Sequence record: NC_079184.1
Source: Escherichia phage vB_EcoM_DE15
Reading direction: 5' to 3' (one strand)
DNA length: 53,998 nt
Part shown: one piece after another, positions 36,778-46,633 of the stretch
How the letters are laid out: each line of letters begins with the position of its first letter
Position numbering within the stretch: the stretch's first letter is position 1
Program-made: the position numbers and the translations under genes
Notes under the pieces: model-generated
Told to the model about the DNA's origin: nothing
Databases searched by the model: none
Seen by the model: the letters and a program-made list of their open reading frames with translations, nothing else

Positions 36778-38226
36778 ATGGCAATTCCAATTTCCGACAT
36801 CATCCAGGTCAACATTGCGGTAAGTCCTAACGCTGTTGCCGTGGAAGGTTTTGGTCCTCTTCTGTTTCTGAGCAAGGAGTTTACTCCAGCCCCAGGCGAA
36901 GCTGTTCCTGTTCGTCAGTATACCAGCATGGCTGCTGTATCTGCTGATTTCCCATCTGGTGAAATTTATCAAGCTGCTCTGGCATGGTATTCTCAGAAAC
37001 CAACTCCAAAGTATTTCCTCGTAGGTGCTATCACCCATGAAGATGTTACTCTGGCAACTCCTGGTACTGTAACCGCATCTTCTGCTGCGACTCTGGAAAC
37101 CATTACTGCGTTAACTAATGGTGTTCTGTCCATTAATATTAACGGCGTTGATAAGTCTACTGCACCAATCAATTTCTCGTCCGCAGACGATTTTGCTGCT
37201 GCTGCATCAATGCTTAATGCTGCATTTGTTGCTGCCGATATTCCTGCAACTGTTACGCAGACCACAGGCACTTTCAAAATCACTACCAACGAAACTGGCG
37301 TAAATTCCATCATTGGTAACGTGTACGGTTCTGCTGCTGCGGCATTTAAACTTGATTCTGCTTCAAGCCCTGTGCATGTTCAAGGTACTGATGAAGTATC
37401 TATCGGCACCGACTTGAATGCAATCTTGAACTCTACGTTCGACTTCTTCTTTGTTGCTATTGACCGCAAATATCGTGGCAGTGCTGATGGTAATAACCAG
37501 ATGACTGTTGCCAAATGGGCAGAAGCAAACGGCAAAGTATTTGGTTGGGCTGATAGCGACCCGCAGATTCTGGTTCCTGGTGCTGAGTCTAGCTTTAAGC
37601 GTGCCAAAGAGCAGAACCTCCAACGCACTCTGTTGGTGTATGATGCGTCTGATAATGGCGACGAGTATCCAGAAGTTTCTATCCTGGGCCGTGCATCGAC
37701 TGTTAACTTCAACGTTGCAAACTCTTCGCTCGTTCTGGCATTTAAACAAGGTCCAGCTATCAAGACTGCTGACTTGTCCCCGAACCAGCTTGCTGCACTT
37801 GAGCGTGTGAATGGTAACGCATTCATCAACGTCGGCGGGAACACTATGTTCTACAACGGCAAGATGGCTGACGGTACTTGGTTCGATACCGTGCAGGGTG
37901 TTTCTTGGTTAACCTCCAAGATTCGTGCTAACGTGTTCAACCTGTTCTACACCTCCACTACCAAGATTCCTTGGACGGACACTGGTGTTGCTCTGGTGAA
38001 CCAGCAAGTAACCCTGGCTCTGGAACTGGCAGTGACCAATGGTCTGATTGCTCCAGGTTACGACAATGAAGGCAACTTCTATCCAGATGGCTACAAAGTC
38101 TTGGCTACCGACTTGGCTCTGATGCAATCTCAGAAAGGTGCTCGTATCTGGGAAGGCACTTCCTTCATTGCAATTGGCTCTGGCGCATTGCAGGGTGCAG
38201 TTATCTCTGGCAACTTCGTTCAGTAA
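36778..38226 (+). CDS. Tail sheath protein (putative)
   Basis: 482 aa followed by ~150-aa tube-like gene, chaperone and tape measure. Confidence 0.5.
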   Translation: MAIPISDIIQVNIAVSPNAVAVEGFGPLLFLSKEFTPAPGEAVPVRQYTSMAAVSADFPSGEIYQAALAWYSQKPTPKYFLVGAITHEDVTLATPGTVTASSAATLETITALTNGVLSININGVDKSTAPINFSSADDFAAAASMLNAAFVAADIPATVTQTTGTFKITTNETGVNSIIGNVYGSAAAAFKLDSASSPVHVQGTDEVSIGTDLNAILNSTFDFFFVAIDRKYRGSADGNNQMTVAKWAEANGKVFGWADSDPQILVPGAESSFKRAKEQNLQRTLLVYDASDNGDEYPEVSILGRASTVNFNVANSSLVLAFKQGPAIKTADLSPNQLAALERVNGNAFINVGGNTMFYNGKMADGTWFDTVQGVSWLTSKIRANVFNLFYTSTTKIPWTDTGVALVNQQVTLALELAVTNGLIAPGYDNEGNFYPDGYKVLATDLALMQSQKGARIWEGTSFIAIGSGALQGAVISGNFVQ

Positions 38227-38236
38227 GGTGCGATAA

Positions 38237-38692
38237 GTGAAACAATATTCTTTCTATAATACCGACCTCATTATCGACGGTGCTCGTGTAGATGGTTTTA
38301 CCTCTGGTAATTCCATCATCACTGCTCGTCGTAACGCACCTCAACACCTGCCTGTTATTGACGCGTATGGTAAGTTGGCTGTAGCTACTACGGCTGACTT
38401 ATCTGGTACTATTACTTTCCCGCTTCTGCAAACCGCAGACTGGAACGAAATCTTGTACAGCCGTGCTCAGTTAACTCAGGCAACTGGTCTGTCTGGCAAC
38501 AAATCTCTGTGGCAACCGCTCCAGATTCAGATTGTTGACAAGATGGGTGATGTGCTGGTCAATGGTGTAAACGGCGCTATCTTGCAGCAACCTGCAATTC
38601 AGCGTGGTGTGTCCTTCACGTCTAACGTGTGGTCTATCTTTGTAGAGCGCCTCCAGATTAAGACTGGTTCTTATCCGGAAATTGGCGTTTAA
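38237..38692 (+). CDS. Tail tube protein (putative)
   Basis: 151 aa, position. Confidence 0.45.
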   Translation: MKQYSFYNTDLIIDGARVDGFTSGNSIITARRNAPQHLPVIDAYGKLAVATTADLSGTITFPLLQTADWNEILYSRAQLTQATGLSGNKSLWQPLQIQIVDKMGDVLVNGVNGAILQQPAIQRGVSFTSNVWSIFVERLQIKTGSYPEIGV

Positions 38693-38703
38693 TTGGAGTA
38701 AGT

Positions 38704-39162
38704 ATGGCTTGTGAATTGCTTCAACGTGAATTCACAAACTCCAAAGGCGAAACAGTGTTAGTCGTTGTTCGACAATTGTCGGCTTCGGCTGCACTGTCTC
38801 TTCACGCGGAGTTGGTAAGCAAGTTAGGCTCACGAGTATTCCCATTCATCGAAGGTAAATATAACTTCGCTGATATTATATACTTGATGCAGCAAGTAGA
38901 GCATACCGTATTCACAGAATTGTTTAAGCGTGTTATCAGCATGCACTCGTCCATAGATGGACAAGAAATCAAACCTGCATTATATGATATGCAGTTCAAT
39001 GGCGAATTGATGTTGTCTTGCCATGTCTTTGCTTTCGTGCTCGAAGCAAACTTCCTTGATTTTTTCAAGCAAGGGCTCGAAATCAACGAACAGAGACGAT
39101 TGGAGGCGGAGGAAGCATCCAAGCTGGCAGAGCAGAAGAATTCGAGTCCGGAGACAGTTTAG
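38704..39162 (+). CDS. Tail assembly chaperone (G-like)
   Basis: Acidic C-terminus; TTTTTTC slippery site at 39060; position before tape measure. Confidence 0.55.
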   Translation: MACELLQREFTNSKGETVLVVVRQLSASAALSLHAELVSKLGSRVFPFIEGKYNFADIIYLMQQVEHTVFTELFKRVISMHSSIDGQEIKPALYDMQFNGELMLSCHVFAFVLEANFLDFFKQGLEINEQRRLEAEEASKLAEQKNSSPETV

Positions 39163-39338
39163 TATCCCTGTTCCCCGACATAAAATATTTTCTGCATCGT
39201 CCTATAATCGAAGATAGTTCTCTCTGCAAGTTACGTGAATTGCAAGATGGAACCTATTCGATTATGGACTTATTGCTATTCCACGACATTCTCGATTTGC
39301 GTAAGAAACTCGAACCAGTAGATGAAGACAATGGCTAA
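39060..39338 (+). CDS. -1 frameshift extension of tail assembly chaperone (GT-like product)
   Basis: -1 frame opens exactly at the slippery heptamer (stop TGA 39057-39059) and runs 92 codons to 39338. Confidence 0.5.
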   Translation, partial: FFQARARNQRTETIGGGGSIQAGRAEEFESGDSLVSLFPDIKYFLHRPIIEDSSLCKLRELQDGTYSIMDLLLFHDILDLRKKLEPVDEDNG

Positions 39339-42300
39339 TCAAAAAGATTTAATGAAGTTGAGCGTTAATGAGTTAATTGCATTAGGCTCTCAAAGCGGTC
39401 TGACTTTCCATGCTGGTATGAAGAAGTCGCACATGGTTCAACAACTTAGTGCGAGCGCTGCTTCGGGATGGCTGGATACAAATGCAGAATTAATGGGTGG
39501 GTCGTTCGAAGATGACAGTTTGATTACTGAATCTTTGGGTGACTCTTCCATGATTTCAGACGCTGCCCACATTGCACAAGTGCTTTCAAGTGCTGGCTAC
39601 ACAGAAGCATTTCATGCAGCAATGAATGGCCCATCACACCATGTAGAAGCTGTTCACGCATACATGGAAAGGCTTGGCGTTAGCACAGATGATGTGTGGA
39701 TGCACATGCCAAAGCCAAATCCGAACCTACCGCAAGGTAGCTTCAACATGCTTAATGCCTATATGCGAGATACTTTGCAAGGGCATCAAGATATTATGCC
39801 GGAAATCCCAGGCCATTATGCTGGGGATATTATGGCTGAATACTCCACCAACCGTGGAAACATTGCTGACTCCTACAACTACATGGCCCACATGTATGTT
39901 GACCGTGAGCAATATAGCAATCATGAACAATACGCAAGAGACATTAGTCGAGTTGCCAAACGTCTGGAACGAGAGTTACCCTCAGCCTTTAAGGAAGTTG
40001 GGTATACATCCGCATCTAATGTAGGAAATAAATCGGCCCCACATATTTCTTACATGGATGCACTCCCTCAGATTGGTTCTCCTTCGATTGTTTCTGGCAT
40101 TGCACATCCTCGTGCACCTCTTAACGCATCTGGACTTCCTCTTGGTTCTTATGGTTCTGGCATAAATCCAGAATACTCCCTCACTGCCTCGCTAACTGGT
40201 GGCACTGGTTGGAGTGAACCAAGCAAGGCTTTATATTCCTCTATTAGCGAAGCTGTTAAATCTGCTGCCAAAGTTTATTCTGGTTCCAAAGGGATGATGA
40301 ATACTCGTCACGAAGTATCTGACCGTGACATGATTATGGACAGTGCAACTCGCTACACAGATTTGGAAGAAGCCAGAAGCGGATACGAAAACCTTCGTTC
40401 TGAACTTGCAGATGAACCAGCTTATTCTGCATCAAGTGTTCGAGCTATTCTCGAAAACACTTACGATAGAATGGATGCCGAACCTGTTCGCATTCCAAAG
40501 ATGAAGGGAGCTTCACAGCGAGTCGATAAAGATTCACTGTCAACATCTACAGATTTTACAGCACAACTTGGAGAGGCCACCAATTGGAACTCTGCAAGAA
40601 TGCGTCGTGAGGAACTTGCGATTGCAAATATGGATAGTGCTGGATTCCGTGATGTATCAGACTATGGTACAGGACGTTCCGAGTCCCCCGTCCGATTCCA
40701 TGACTTAGAACAGGGCAGCCAAGAGTGGCTGGACTTCCGTAAAAATTATGACATAACTGGCTCAACTGTTGGAACTTTCTTAGGAAACAACCCATACACC
40801 CGACCTTGGGCTGGTATGATTGATAAGATTGGCTTATCTCGTAGTAAAGAGCACAGCGATTTCACCAAAAAGATGTTCGCTGATGGTCACAGGACGGAAG
40901 AAGAAGCACGCGCTCGTGTTGGTAAGGAATTTGGATTCGATATCAAACAAATTGGCGCTATAACAAATGACAACTATCCCGCCTTCATGTATTCTCCTGA
41001 TGGTCTTATTGGGGATGATGCCATTTGGGAGCACAAGAATCCGCAAAGGGCTGGTAAGTTTGCTGACCTTCTTAAAGGCGACCATCCAGACTACATGGAC
41101 CAAATTCAATTTGGTATGCACGTTTCTGGCCGTTCTCGTGCTTTGTTCTCACAAACCATCAACGACGAAACACGTTCGCAGTGGATTGAGAAGGACGAAG
41201 GATGGTACGAAAGAAACCGAAATCGCCTTGATTCTGTGCTTGGCCGTCTTGATGCTGGGCGAGAGTTTGTTAGAAACAATGCTGGATTAGAACGAGAAGA
41301 GCTGATTGCTGGTGCAAGAAGTGCAATGACTGGTGATGGAATCTGGAAAGATATTCGTCAAAGGTCTACTCGTGGCTATTCTGCTGCTGCTGGTACTCCA
41401 GAAGACCCGTTTATTGGTTCACGTTCTTCGTACAATCCAGAAGCATCCTACTCTGACTACAAGCCAAACTTTGTAATGCACGAGCAAAACTTTCCGGCAA
41501 CTACTGGAAATGGTGACACCGGAAATGACTCGATGGCATTGTCTGTTAAGAAAGGTATTCTTGCTGCTCAGGAAGAAAACAGGCAGAAAGGTATTGGTGC
41601 AGATGCAGACTTTGATGGCAAAGCCGATTCAATGGGCTGGAACCGTGAAAGATTTGATGCTGCCAATGGCGGTGGATATTCTGGCGGTGGTGGTGGTCGT
41701 GGCGGCAACTTCACAAGTGGTGGCAACTACTATGATGACTACGGTCGCATGGGTGGTTCGTTAGCTGCTGGCATTGCTGGTGGCAGTATTGGTTCAGCAA
41801 CCAACGGAGTTATGCAAGCATTGATGGCAACTCCTGCTGGACGTATGGCTGCTGTAGGCATTGGTGCTATTCAGATTGGCAATGAAGCTGCTGAATACAT
41901 GAATGACTTTATCGGCAACTCGCTTGATGCTGGTGTGATAAATCCTAATGAATATTCTTCCATGTCGCAAGGCTTGGAGATGTTAGGACTCAACTCACAA
42001 CAAGCGGCACGTCTGAATCAAACCACACATAGTGCCTATAACACCATGCTTAACGGCGACCCCAGCGCCGCTGTGAACATCGTTCGCGGCAGTAGGGGAT
42101 TGCTCACCATAGGTGATATTCGTGCGACAGGCGGCGACCCTGTGGCCCTGGCTCGCATCATGCAGGAAAGGGGCAAGGAGCGTGGCTGGAGTCAGGCCCG
42201 TATCGCAGGTGCTGCCGAAATGGCTGGCCTACAGGGTATGGCGCGAGCATACGACCGCACGGAATACAGCCATGAGCAAGCTGGCTCGGTGGTAGAAGCG

Positions 42301-43047
42301 GGTAGAAACTCCGACTTTGCCGAAGGTATGGCCCAATCGGAAATGTTGCAGGGAAGCCGCGCACGGATGCTGCCGAGCTACAACGTGCCACAAAGTGTCC
42401 TATCTAATGGCGCTTCTGTATTTGAGGCTGGCAGTGATGCACTTGACAGTGTACGCACTGGATTCAACAGGACACGAGAGTTTGCTGGAAGTGTTTACGA
42501 CTTTATTGCTCAGGAAGAATCTGGCGGTCGTGAATACAACAAAGATGGTTCTCGTGTAACAAGTCCAACTGGCGCTCGTGGGATAATGCAGATTCTCCCT
42601 TCGACTGCCCGTGACCCAGGATTTGGAATCAGGCCGTCTGATGGAACTCCAGAAGATGATGCACGAGTTGGTCGTGAATACTATGACGCAATGTACAAGC
42701 GTTATGGCGACCACGAGAAAGCAATGGCTGCTTACACCGATGGTCCTGGCACTGTTGACAAAGCTGTTGATAAGAATGGGTTGGATTGGCTTACTGCTGT
42801 TCCTGCACAGGCACAGAATCGCGTCAAAGCATTCCGTGAATGGTCCAAGTCTTCTCAATCTTTGGAAGAAGGTGCTACAGGGTTTACTCGTAATGGAATG
42901 TCATACGGTCAAACCCAAACTGTTGTTAATGTTAAGATTGATGCTAAGGTCAACAACCAGACTGCTTCTGCTACAGTTGCAATTCCTGGTGGTCAGACTG
43001 TGACTCAACAAATGAACATGAACAACGGTGCGCAACAAAGACGTTAA
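39322..43047 (+). CDS. Tape measure protein (1241 aa) with internal YqaJ-like PD-(D/E)xK nuclease domain and C-terminal lytic transglycosylase (SLT) domain
   Basis: QGSQEWLDFRKNYDITGSTVGTFLG and YSPDGLIGDDAIWEHKNP (YqaJ-like); EESGGREY...GARGIMQILPSTA (SLT); Gly-rich hydrophobic stretch. Confidence 0.65.
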   Translation: MKTMANQKDLMKLSVNELIALGSQSGLTFHAGMKKSHMVQQLSASAASGWLDTNAELMGGSFEDDSLITESLGDSSMISDAAHIAQVLSSAGYTEAFHAAMNGPSHHVEAVHAYMERLGVSTDDVWMHMPKPNPNLPQGSFNMLNAYMRDTLQGHQDIMPEIPGHYAGDIMAEYSTNRGNIADSYNYMAHMYVDREQYSNHEQYARDISRVAKRLERELPSAFKEVGYTSASNVGNKSAPHISYMDALPQIGSPSIVSGIAHPRAPLNASGLPLGSYGSGINPEYSLTASLTGGTGWSEPSKALYSSISEAVKSAAKVYSGSKGMMNTRHEVSDRDMIMDSATRYTDLEEARSGYENLRSELADEPAYSASSVRAILENTYDRMDAEPVRIPKMKGASQRVDKDSLSTSTDFTAQLGEATNWNSARMRREELAIANMDSAGFRDVSDYGTGRSESPVRFHDLEQGSQEWLDFRKNYDITGSTVGTFLGNNPYTRPWAGMIDKIGLSRSKEHSDFTKKMFADGHRTEEEARARVGKEFGFDIKQIGAITNDNYPAFMYSPDGLIGDDAIWEHKNPQRAGKFADLLKGDHPDYMDQIQFGMHVSGRSRALFSQTINDETRSQWIEKDEGWYERNRNRLDSVLGRLDAGREFVRNNAGLEREELIAGARSAMTGDGIWKDIRQRSTRGYSAAAGTPEDPFIGSRSSYNPEASYSDYKPNFVMHEQNFPATTGNGDTGNDSMALSVKKGILAAQEENRQKGIGADADFDGKADSMGWNRERFDAANGGGYSGGGGGRGGNFTSGGNYYDDYGRMGGSLAAGIAGGSIGSATNGVMQALMATPAGRMAAVGIGAIQIGNEAAEYMNDFIGNSLDAGVINPNEYSSMSQGLEMLGLNSQQAARLNQTTHSAYNTMLNGDPSAAVNIVRGSRGLLTIGDIRATGGDPVALARIMQERGKERGWSQARIAGAAEMAGLQGMARAYDRTEYSHEQAGSVVEAGRNSDFAEGMAQSEMLQGSRARMLPSYNVPQSVLSNGASVFEAGSDALDSVRTGFNRTREFAGSVYDFIAQEESGGREYNKDGSRVTSPTGARGIMQILPSTARDPGFGIRPSDGTPEDDARVGREYYDAMYKRYGDHEKAMAAYTDGPGTVDKAVDKNGLDWLTAVPAQAQNRVKAFREWSKSSQSLEEGATGFTRNGMSYGQTQTVVNVKIDAKVNNQTASATVAIPGGQTVTQQMNMNNGAQQRR

Positions 43048-43052
43048 TGAGT

Positions 43053-43068
43053 TGGGGAGAAATCCCCA
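43053..43068 (+). terminator. Hairpin TGGGGA-GAAA-TCCCCA after tape measure gene
   Basis: Read from sequence. Confidence 0.4.
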
Positions 43069-43078
43069 GCTTACTTTA

Positions 43079-43099
43079 ACATTAGTTGAATATGTATTA
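43079..43099 (+). promoter_or_regulatory. Phage promoter-like motif ACATTAGTTGAATATGTATT upstream of baseplate genes
   Basis: Motif family member. Confidence 0.45.
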
Positions 43100-43119
43100 A
43101 TTTCAATAGGTATATTGCA

Positions 43120-44229
43120 ATGCCGTGGCTACGCAGAGTTGAGGTAATAGTTTCACGTAAAGAAGACCCAAGCATTCGAACAATATTTAAATCACATCGT
43201 ATTGATTTTGAAGTTCGTTCTACTGTTGGGTGGCCCGCCGATACAGCAAACATAACTCTGTTTAACTTGTCATTAGAAGAAGTTAAGTTCCTCCAGGACA
43301 AGACCTACGGAGATATGTATATTGAAATTCGTGCAGGGTATGCAGAAGATGAACGTTCGGACTCTGGTGGTGGAACCTCTAGTGGCGGTGTTAAGAAGTT
43401 TGGTCAAAAGGCCGAACAGAGCGACCGCGTAACAGTGTCCACATCACTACCAACCATCTTCTCTGGAATTATTACAAACGCAGTTGGCTACAGAAAGCCT
43501 CCTGAACATGTAACACAATTGTTTTGTATTTCCAAGGCATATGGTGCATCCACTGATTTCAAACAGTTGACTGCAATCAAGCCTGGAACCAAGCTCATTG
43601 ATGCAATGCGCTCAATGTGTTCTGACTATGGATTCAATACCATCTCCACATTTGGTGTTGAAGATTCGGTCCTTGAAACAGTGATGCCTCGTGGGCGTGT
43701 GTTTCATGACACATTCTTAAACGAATTTCGTAACATGCTTGGCGAGTATAACTTGCTATACACTGTTACAACTGGTGAAGTGCAAATCTTCCCAGACACC
43801 TTTGGTGATAAAGATGCAGTAAACAGAATGTCCAAAGACAGAGAGCCAGTTAAGCTGGATGCCAACTCAGTCATTGGAAACCCTGTTGCTGGAATCTGCA
43901 CCTACACTTTAAACACATTCCTAAACCCATCTTTCCAACCAGGGATGATTCTTGATGTATCTCCTTTGCTTGGAGACAAGCTACTTGCCAATGGTGTGAC
44001 CTCTGTTTCAGGGGAAGGTATTGTACTCAATACAGACCAGTCCGTATTCCGGTGGGCTGTTGAAGACAAATACTTTATCATGGAAGTTGTGCATAAAGGT
44101 TCGACTCACACAACCACTTATCAAACATCAATCACTGCAATATTGGGTGGCAATACAATGATGGGTGGTAAGGAAGCTGCGTGGCAGGAAATGTATGCTA
44201 ACAGTGGAATGGCAATGGAGTCATTTTAA
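43120..44229 (+). CDS. Baseplate-proximal virion protein (Mu gp43-like by position)
   Basis: Position after tape measure. Confidence 0.35.
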   Translation: MPWLRRVEVIVSRKEDPSIRTIFKSHRIDFEVRSTVGWPADTANITLFNLSLEEVKFLQDKTYGDMYIEIRAGYAEDERSDSGGGTSSGGVKKFGQKAEQSDRVTVSTSLPTIFSGIITNAVGYRKPPEHVTQLFCISKAYGASTDFKQLTAIKPGTKLIDAMRSMCSDYGFNTISTFGVEDSVLETVMPRGRVFHDTFLNEFRNMLGEYNLLYTVTTGEVQIFPDTFGDKDAVNRMSKDREPVKLDANSVIGNPVAGICTYTLNTFLNPSFQPGMILDVSPLLGDKLLANGVTSVSGEGIVLNTDQSVFRWAVEDKYFIMEVVHKGSTHTTTYQTSITAILGGNTMMGGKEAAWQEMYANSGMAMESF

Positions 44230-45116
44230 TGTCTATCTTTGATACCGACCTCATTGGTGGTGTGTCCTCTGGCTTGAAGAATTTCAGTTACGGGCATCAT
44301 CCATCTATTGTTATGTGGTCCAATGGACCTGCATCCCAGAAAGAAGAAGAGTCAGGACTGTTTGGTGGGTTTGCGAAATCTCTTGAGAGCTTGCCTGTTG
44401 TTGGCGAATCTGCCGTCGAAAGTTTTAACTCTTTTAAATTCGATGCTATGGTCAGTGAAGAGCACGCATCGGAAACAACTGTAACCAAGTTCCCCGTTAG
44501 TTCTGGGTTCATGGTTAGCGACCATGTTATTAATCAGAACAGGGTACTTAAGTTAACCGCTGTTGCTGTCAACATGCAGAACTCCTCCATGTGGACTGCA
44601 TCTGTACAAGGTTTGTCTGTTGCTTCTGGTGCAATCTTCAATAGTCCTGTTATCCCAATTCTTGGTGGAATTGCTGGTGGCGTTGCTTCTGCATTTGAGA
44701 CAAGCAACCGAATCCAGTCCACTTATGATTTGTTTAACAGCTTCCGTGTTACGGGGCAGAAGTTATACATCTCCACCATTCTGGGACCCTATTTGAATTG
44801 TGTAGTAACCTCAATCAAAACCAAACATGATAAGATGACTTCCGCAATGTTGTCAGTTGAAATCTTGTTTGAAGAGCTGCAAACAATAGGAGAAGATGTT
44901 CTTGCTAGCGAGGCTCGCAAGGCGATGGAATCAATGTCCGACTACTCTGAATTTGCAAAGGTTGCTCAAAGTTTGGGGATGGGTGTTCTTGGAGGTGTTC
45001 CGCTTCCTGGACTTGGTGCTCTTGGCACTCTTCCGACCAAACAGTTATCTAACTTGAAAGGTAAGTTGAGTAAACTGGCTTCTCCACTTTCTTCCATCAA
45101 GGGGCGTATCCTATGA
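44229..45116 (+). CDS. Baseplate hub-like protein (by position)
   Basis: TAATG overlap with upstream gene. Confidence 0.35.
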   Translation: MSIFDTDLIGGVSSGLKNFSYGHHPSIVMWSNGPASQKEEESGLFGGFAKSLESLPVVGESAVESFNSFKFDAMVSEEHASETTVTKFPVSSGFMVSDHVINQNRVLKLTAVAVNMQNSSMWTASVQGLSVASGAIFNSPVIPILGGIAGGVASAFETSNRIQSTYDLFNSFRVTGQKLYISTILGPYLNCVVTSIKTKHDKMTSAMLSVEILFEELQTIGEDVLASEARKAMESMSDYSEFAKVAQSLGMGVLGGVPLPGLGALGTLPTKQLSNLKGKLSKLASPLSSIKGRIL

Positions 45117-45475
45117 TTGAGCAGGAACATCAAGCTCTAAAGCAAATTGCTGAACTTCTGCCAACCGGATACGTGAAGAGTGTGCCTTACAGCATAAGGA
45201 AGGATGTATCGTTTGAGTTTAATGGTGTGACAGTTAAAATGTCTGCACTGTACTTAAACGAACCTTTAAACTGTTACATGTTTGACTTAGCGTGGGGAGC
45301 CACGAATAAAATATTCGGAATCCCTATTCGATGTGGTATTGATATTCTTAAGCAATACAAGACTCCGCTTCCAAACATGTATGCAGCTAACACAGTATTC
45401 CCTGGTGAAGAAATAACAAGCTACCGACAACTCTACCTATTCATTATTGACGAGAGTGTACTCGAACGTGGCTAG
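45113..45475 (+). CDS. Baseplate assembly protein (hypothetical)
   Basis: ORF. Confidence 0.35.
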   Translation: MIEQEHQALKQIAELLPTGYVKSVPYSIRKDVSFEFNGVTVKMSALYLNEPLNCYMFDLAWGATNKIFGIPIRCGIDILKQYKTPLPNMYAANTVFPGEEITSYRQLYLFIIDESVLERG

Positions 45476-46262
45476 TCATAACAATAACCAAAATGCTCCT
45501 GACATTAACACAAGTTATCCAGGGCACATTTACAACTTCGATGCAGCAACCCAAACTTGTGAGGTCCAGCTTGCAATCGAAAACTTGTTCGTGGGTTATG
45601 CCGAAGCCTACACCTTGCAGCCAAAACAAAGGTTGCAGGGTGTTCCTGTTCAGTTTATTCAGGGTGGCGGCTGGAGTTTAACTCATCCGGTTCCAGATGG
45701 AACCCCATGCTACGTCCATTTCTCCCAGCGAGGAATAGACCATTGGTTGTCGGAGAACAAGAGTAGTGCTGGCTTAGTAAACGGGCGACCTGCCCCAGAG
45801 TTCAGCCAACTGTTCTCCCACAATGCTGCCGTATGTACTATCGGGACTCAGCCTTTGACCAAAGTTATTCCAGGATTTAATGGTGGAGTAACAGAGCTGC
45901 GTAATGCGGACAGGAGCCAAAGACTAACATTGCATGGTGATGGTTTAATTGAAATCATTACTGGTGCTGCGAAGATTCAAATCACAAAAGATTCGGAGAT
46001 TCTCGTTGAAGTTACGTCGCAAGCTACAGTTAAAGCGCCGCAGATTACATTGGATGGCGATACGACCGTTACAAAATCTTTAACAGTGTTAGGTGGCATG
46101 GCTGTATCTGGGACCAAAGATGGCTCTACTGCAACGTTCACTGGTGACTTCAAGATGGACGGCAACATGGTTCAAACTGGCTCCCTCACTCTTAATGGTA
46201 TTAAGGTTGATGGTCATACTCACACTAACCCAGAAGGCGGCGATGTTGGGCCGATGAAATAA
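45447..46262 (+). CDS. Baseplate spike-like protein (start uncertain, TTG 45447 or GTG 45468)
   Basis: ORF, position. Confidence 0.35.
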   Translation: MTRVYSNVASHNNNQNAPDINTSYPGHIYNFDAATQTCEVQLAIENLFVGYAEAYTLQPKQRLQGVPVQFIQGGGWSLTHPVPDGTPCYVHFSQRGIDHWLSENKSSAGLVNGRPAPEFSQLFSHNAAVCTIGTQPLTKVIPGFNGGVTELRNADRSQRLTLHGDGLIEIITGAAKIQITKDSEILVEVTSQATVKAPQITLDGDTTVTKSLTVLGGMAVSGTKDGSTATFTGDFKMDGNMVQTGSLTLNGIKVDGHTHTNPEGGDVGPMK

Positions 46263-46633
46263 TGGCTGGAAATTTAGCTCTTGATTCAAACCACGACATT
46301 ATTATCGGTCGTGGAACAACTCGTATTTCAGGTGCTGCTCAAGTCGCTCAATTGGTTAAGTGCAGATTGCTGACAATCTTCGGAGAATGGAAGCTCGACA
46401 ATTCGTTGGGCTTGCCTTGGTTCGAAGCAATCTTCACAAAGCAAGTGCGTCCCTCGGATATTGAGGCGGCAATAGCCAACATTATTCGTGGAACTGCTGG
46501 TGTTCAGCAACTTATATCCATAGATATTGATGCAGACTACCGAGCAAGAAGCCTTGGAATCTCCTTTACTGCATTGTCTGATTATGGCAACATCACGGAA
46601 TTCTTAACATGGCAACAATCAAATACGGCGTAA
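46262..46633 (+). CDS. Baseplate wedge protein (GPW/gp25-like)
   Basis: ~120 aa, position before J-like gene. Confidence 0.45.
   Translation: MAGNLALDSNHDIIIGRGTTRISGAAQVAQLVKCRLLTIFGEWKLDNSLGLPWFEAIFTKQVRPSDIEAAIANIIRGTAGVQQLISIDIDADYRARSLGISFTALSDYGNITEFLTWQQSNTA

Noticed and set aside
39023-39217. 64-aa ORF in the +1 frame across the chaperone 3' end
   Set aside because: Arg-rich low-complexity translation in the wrong frame for the -1 extension; the -1 frame is the one that is open for 92 codons.
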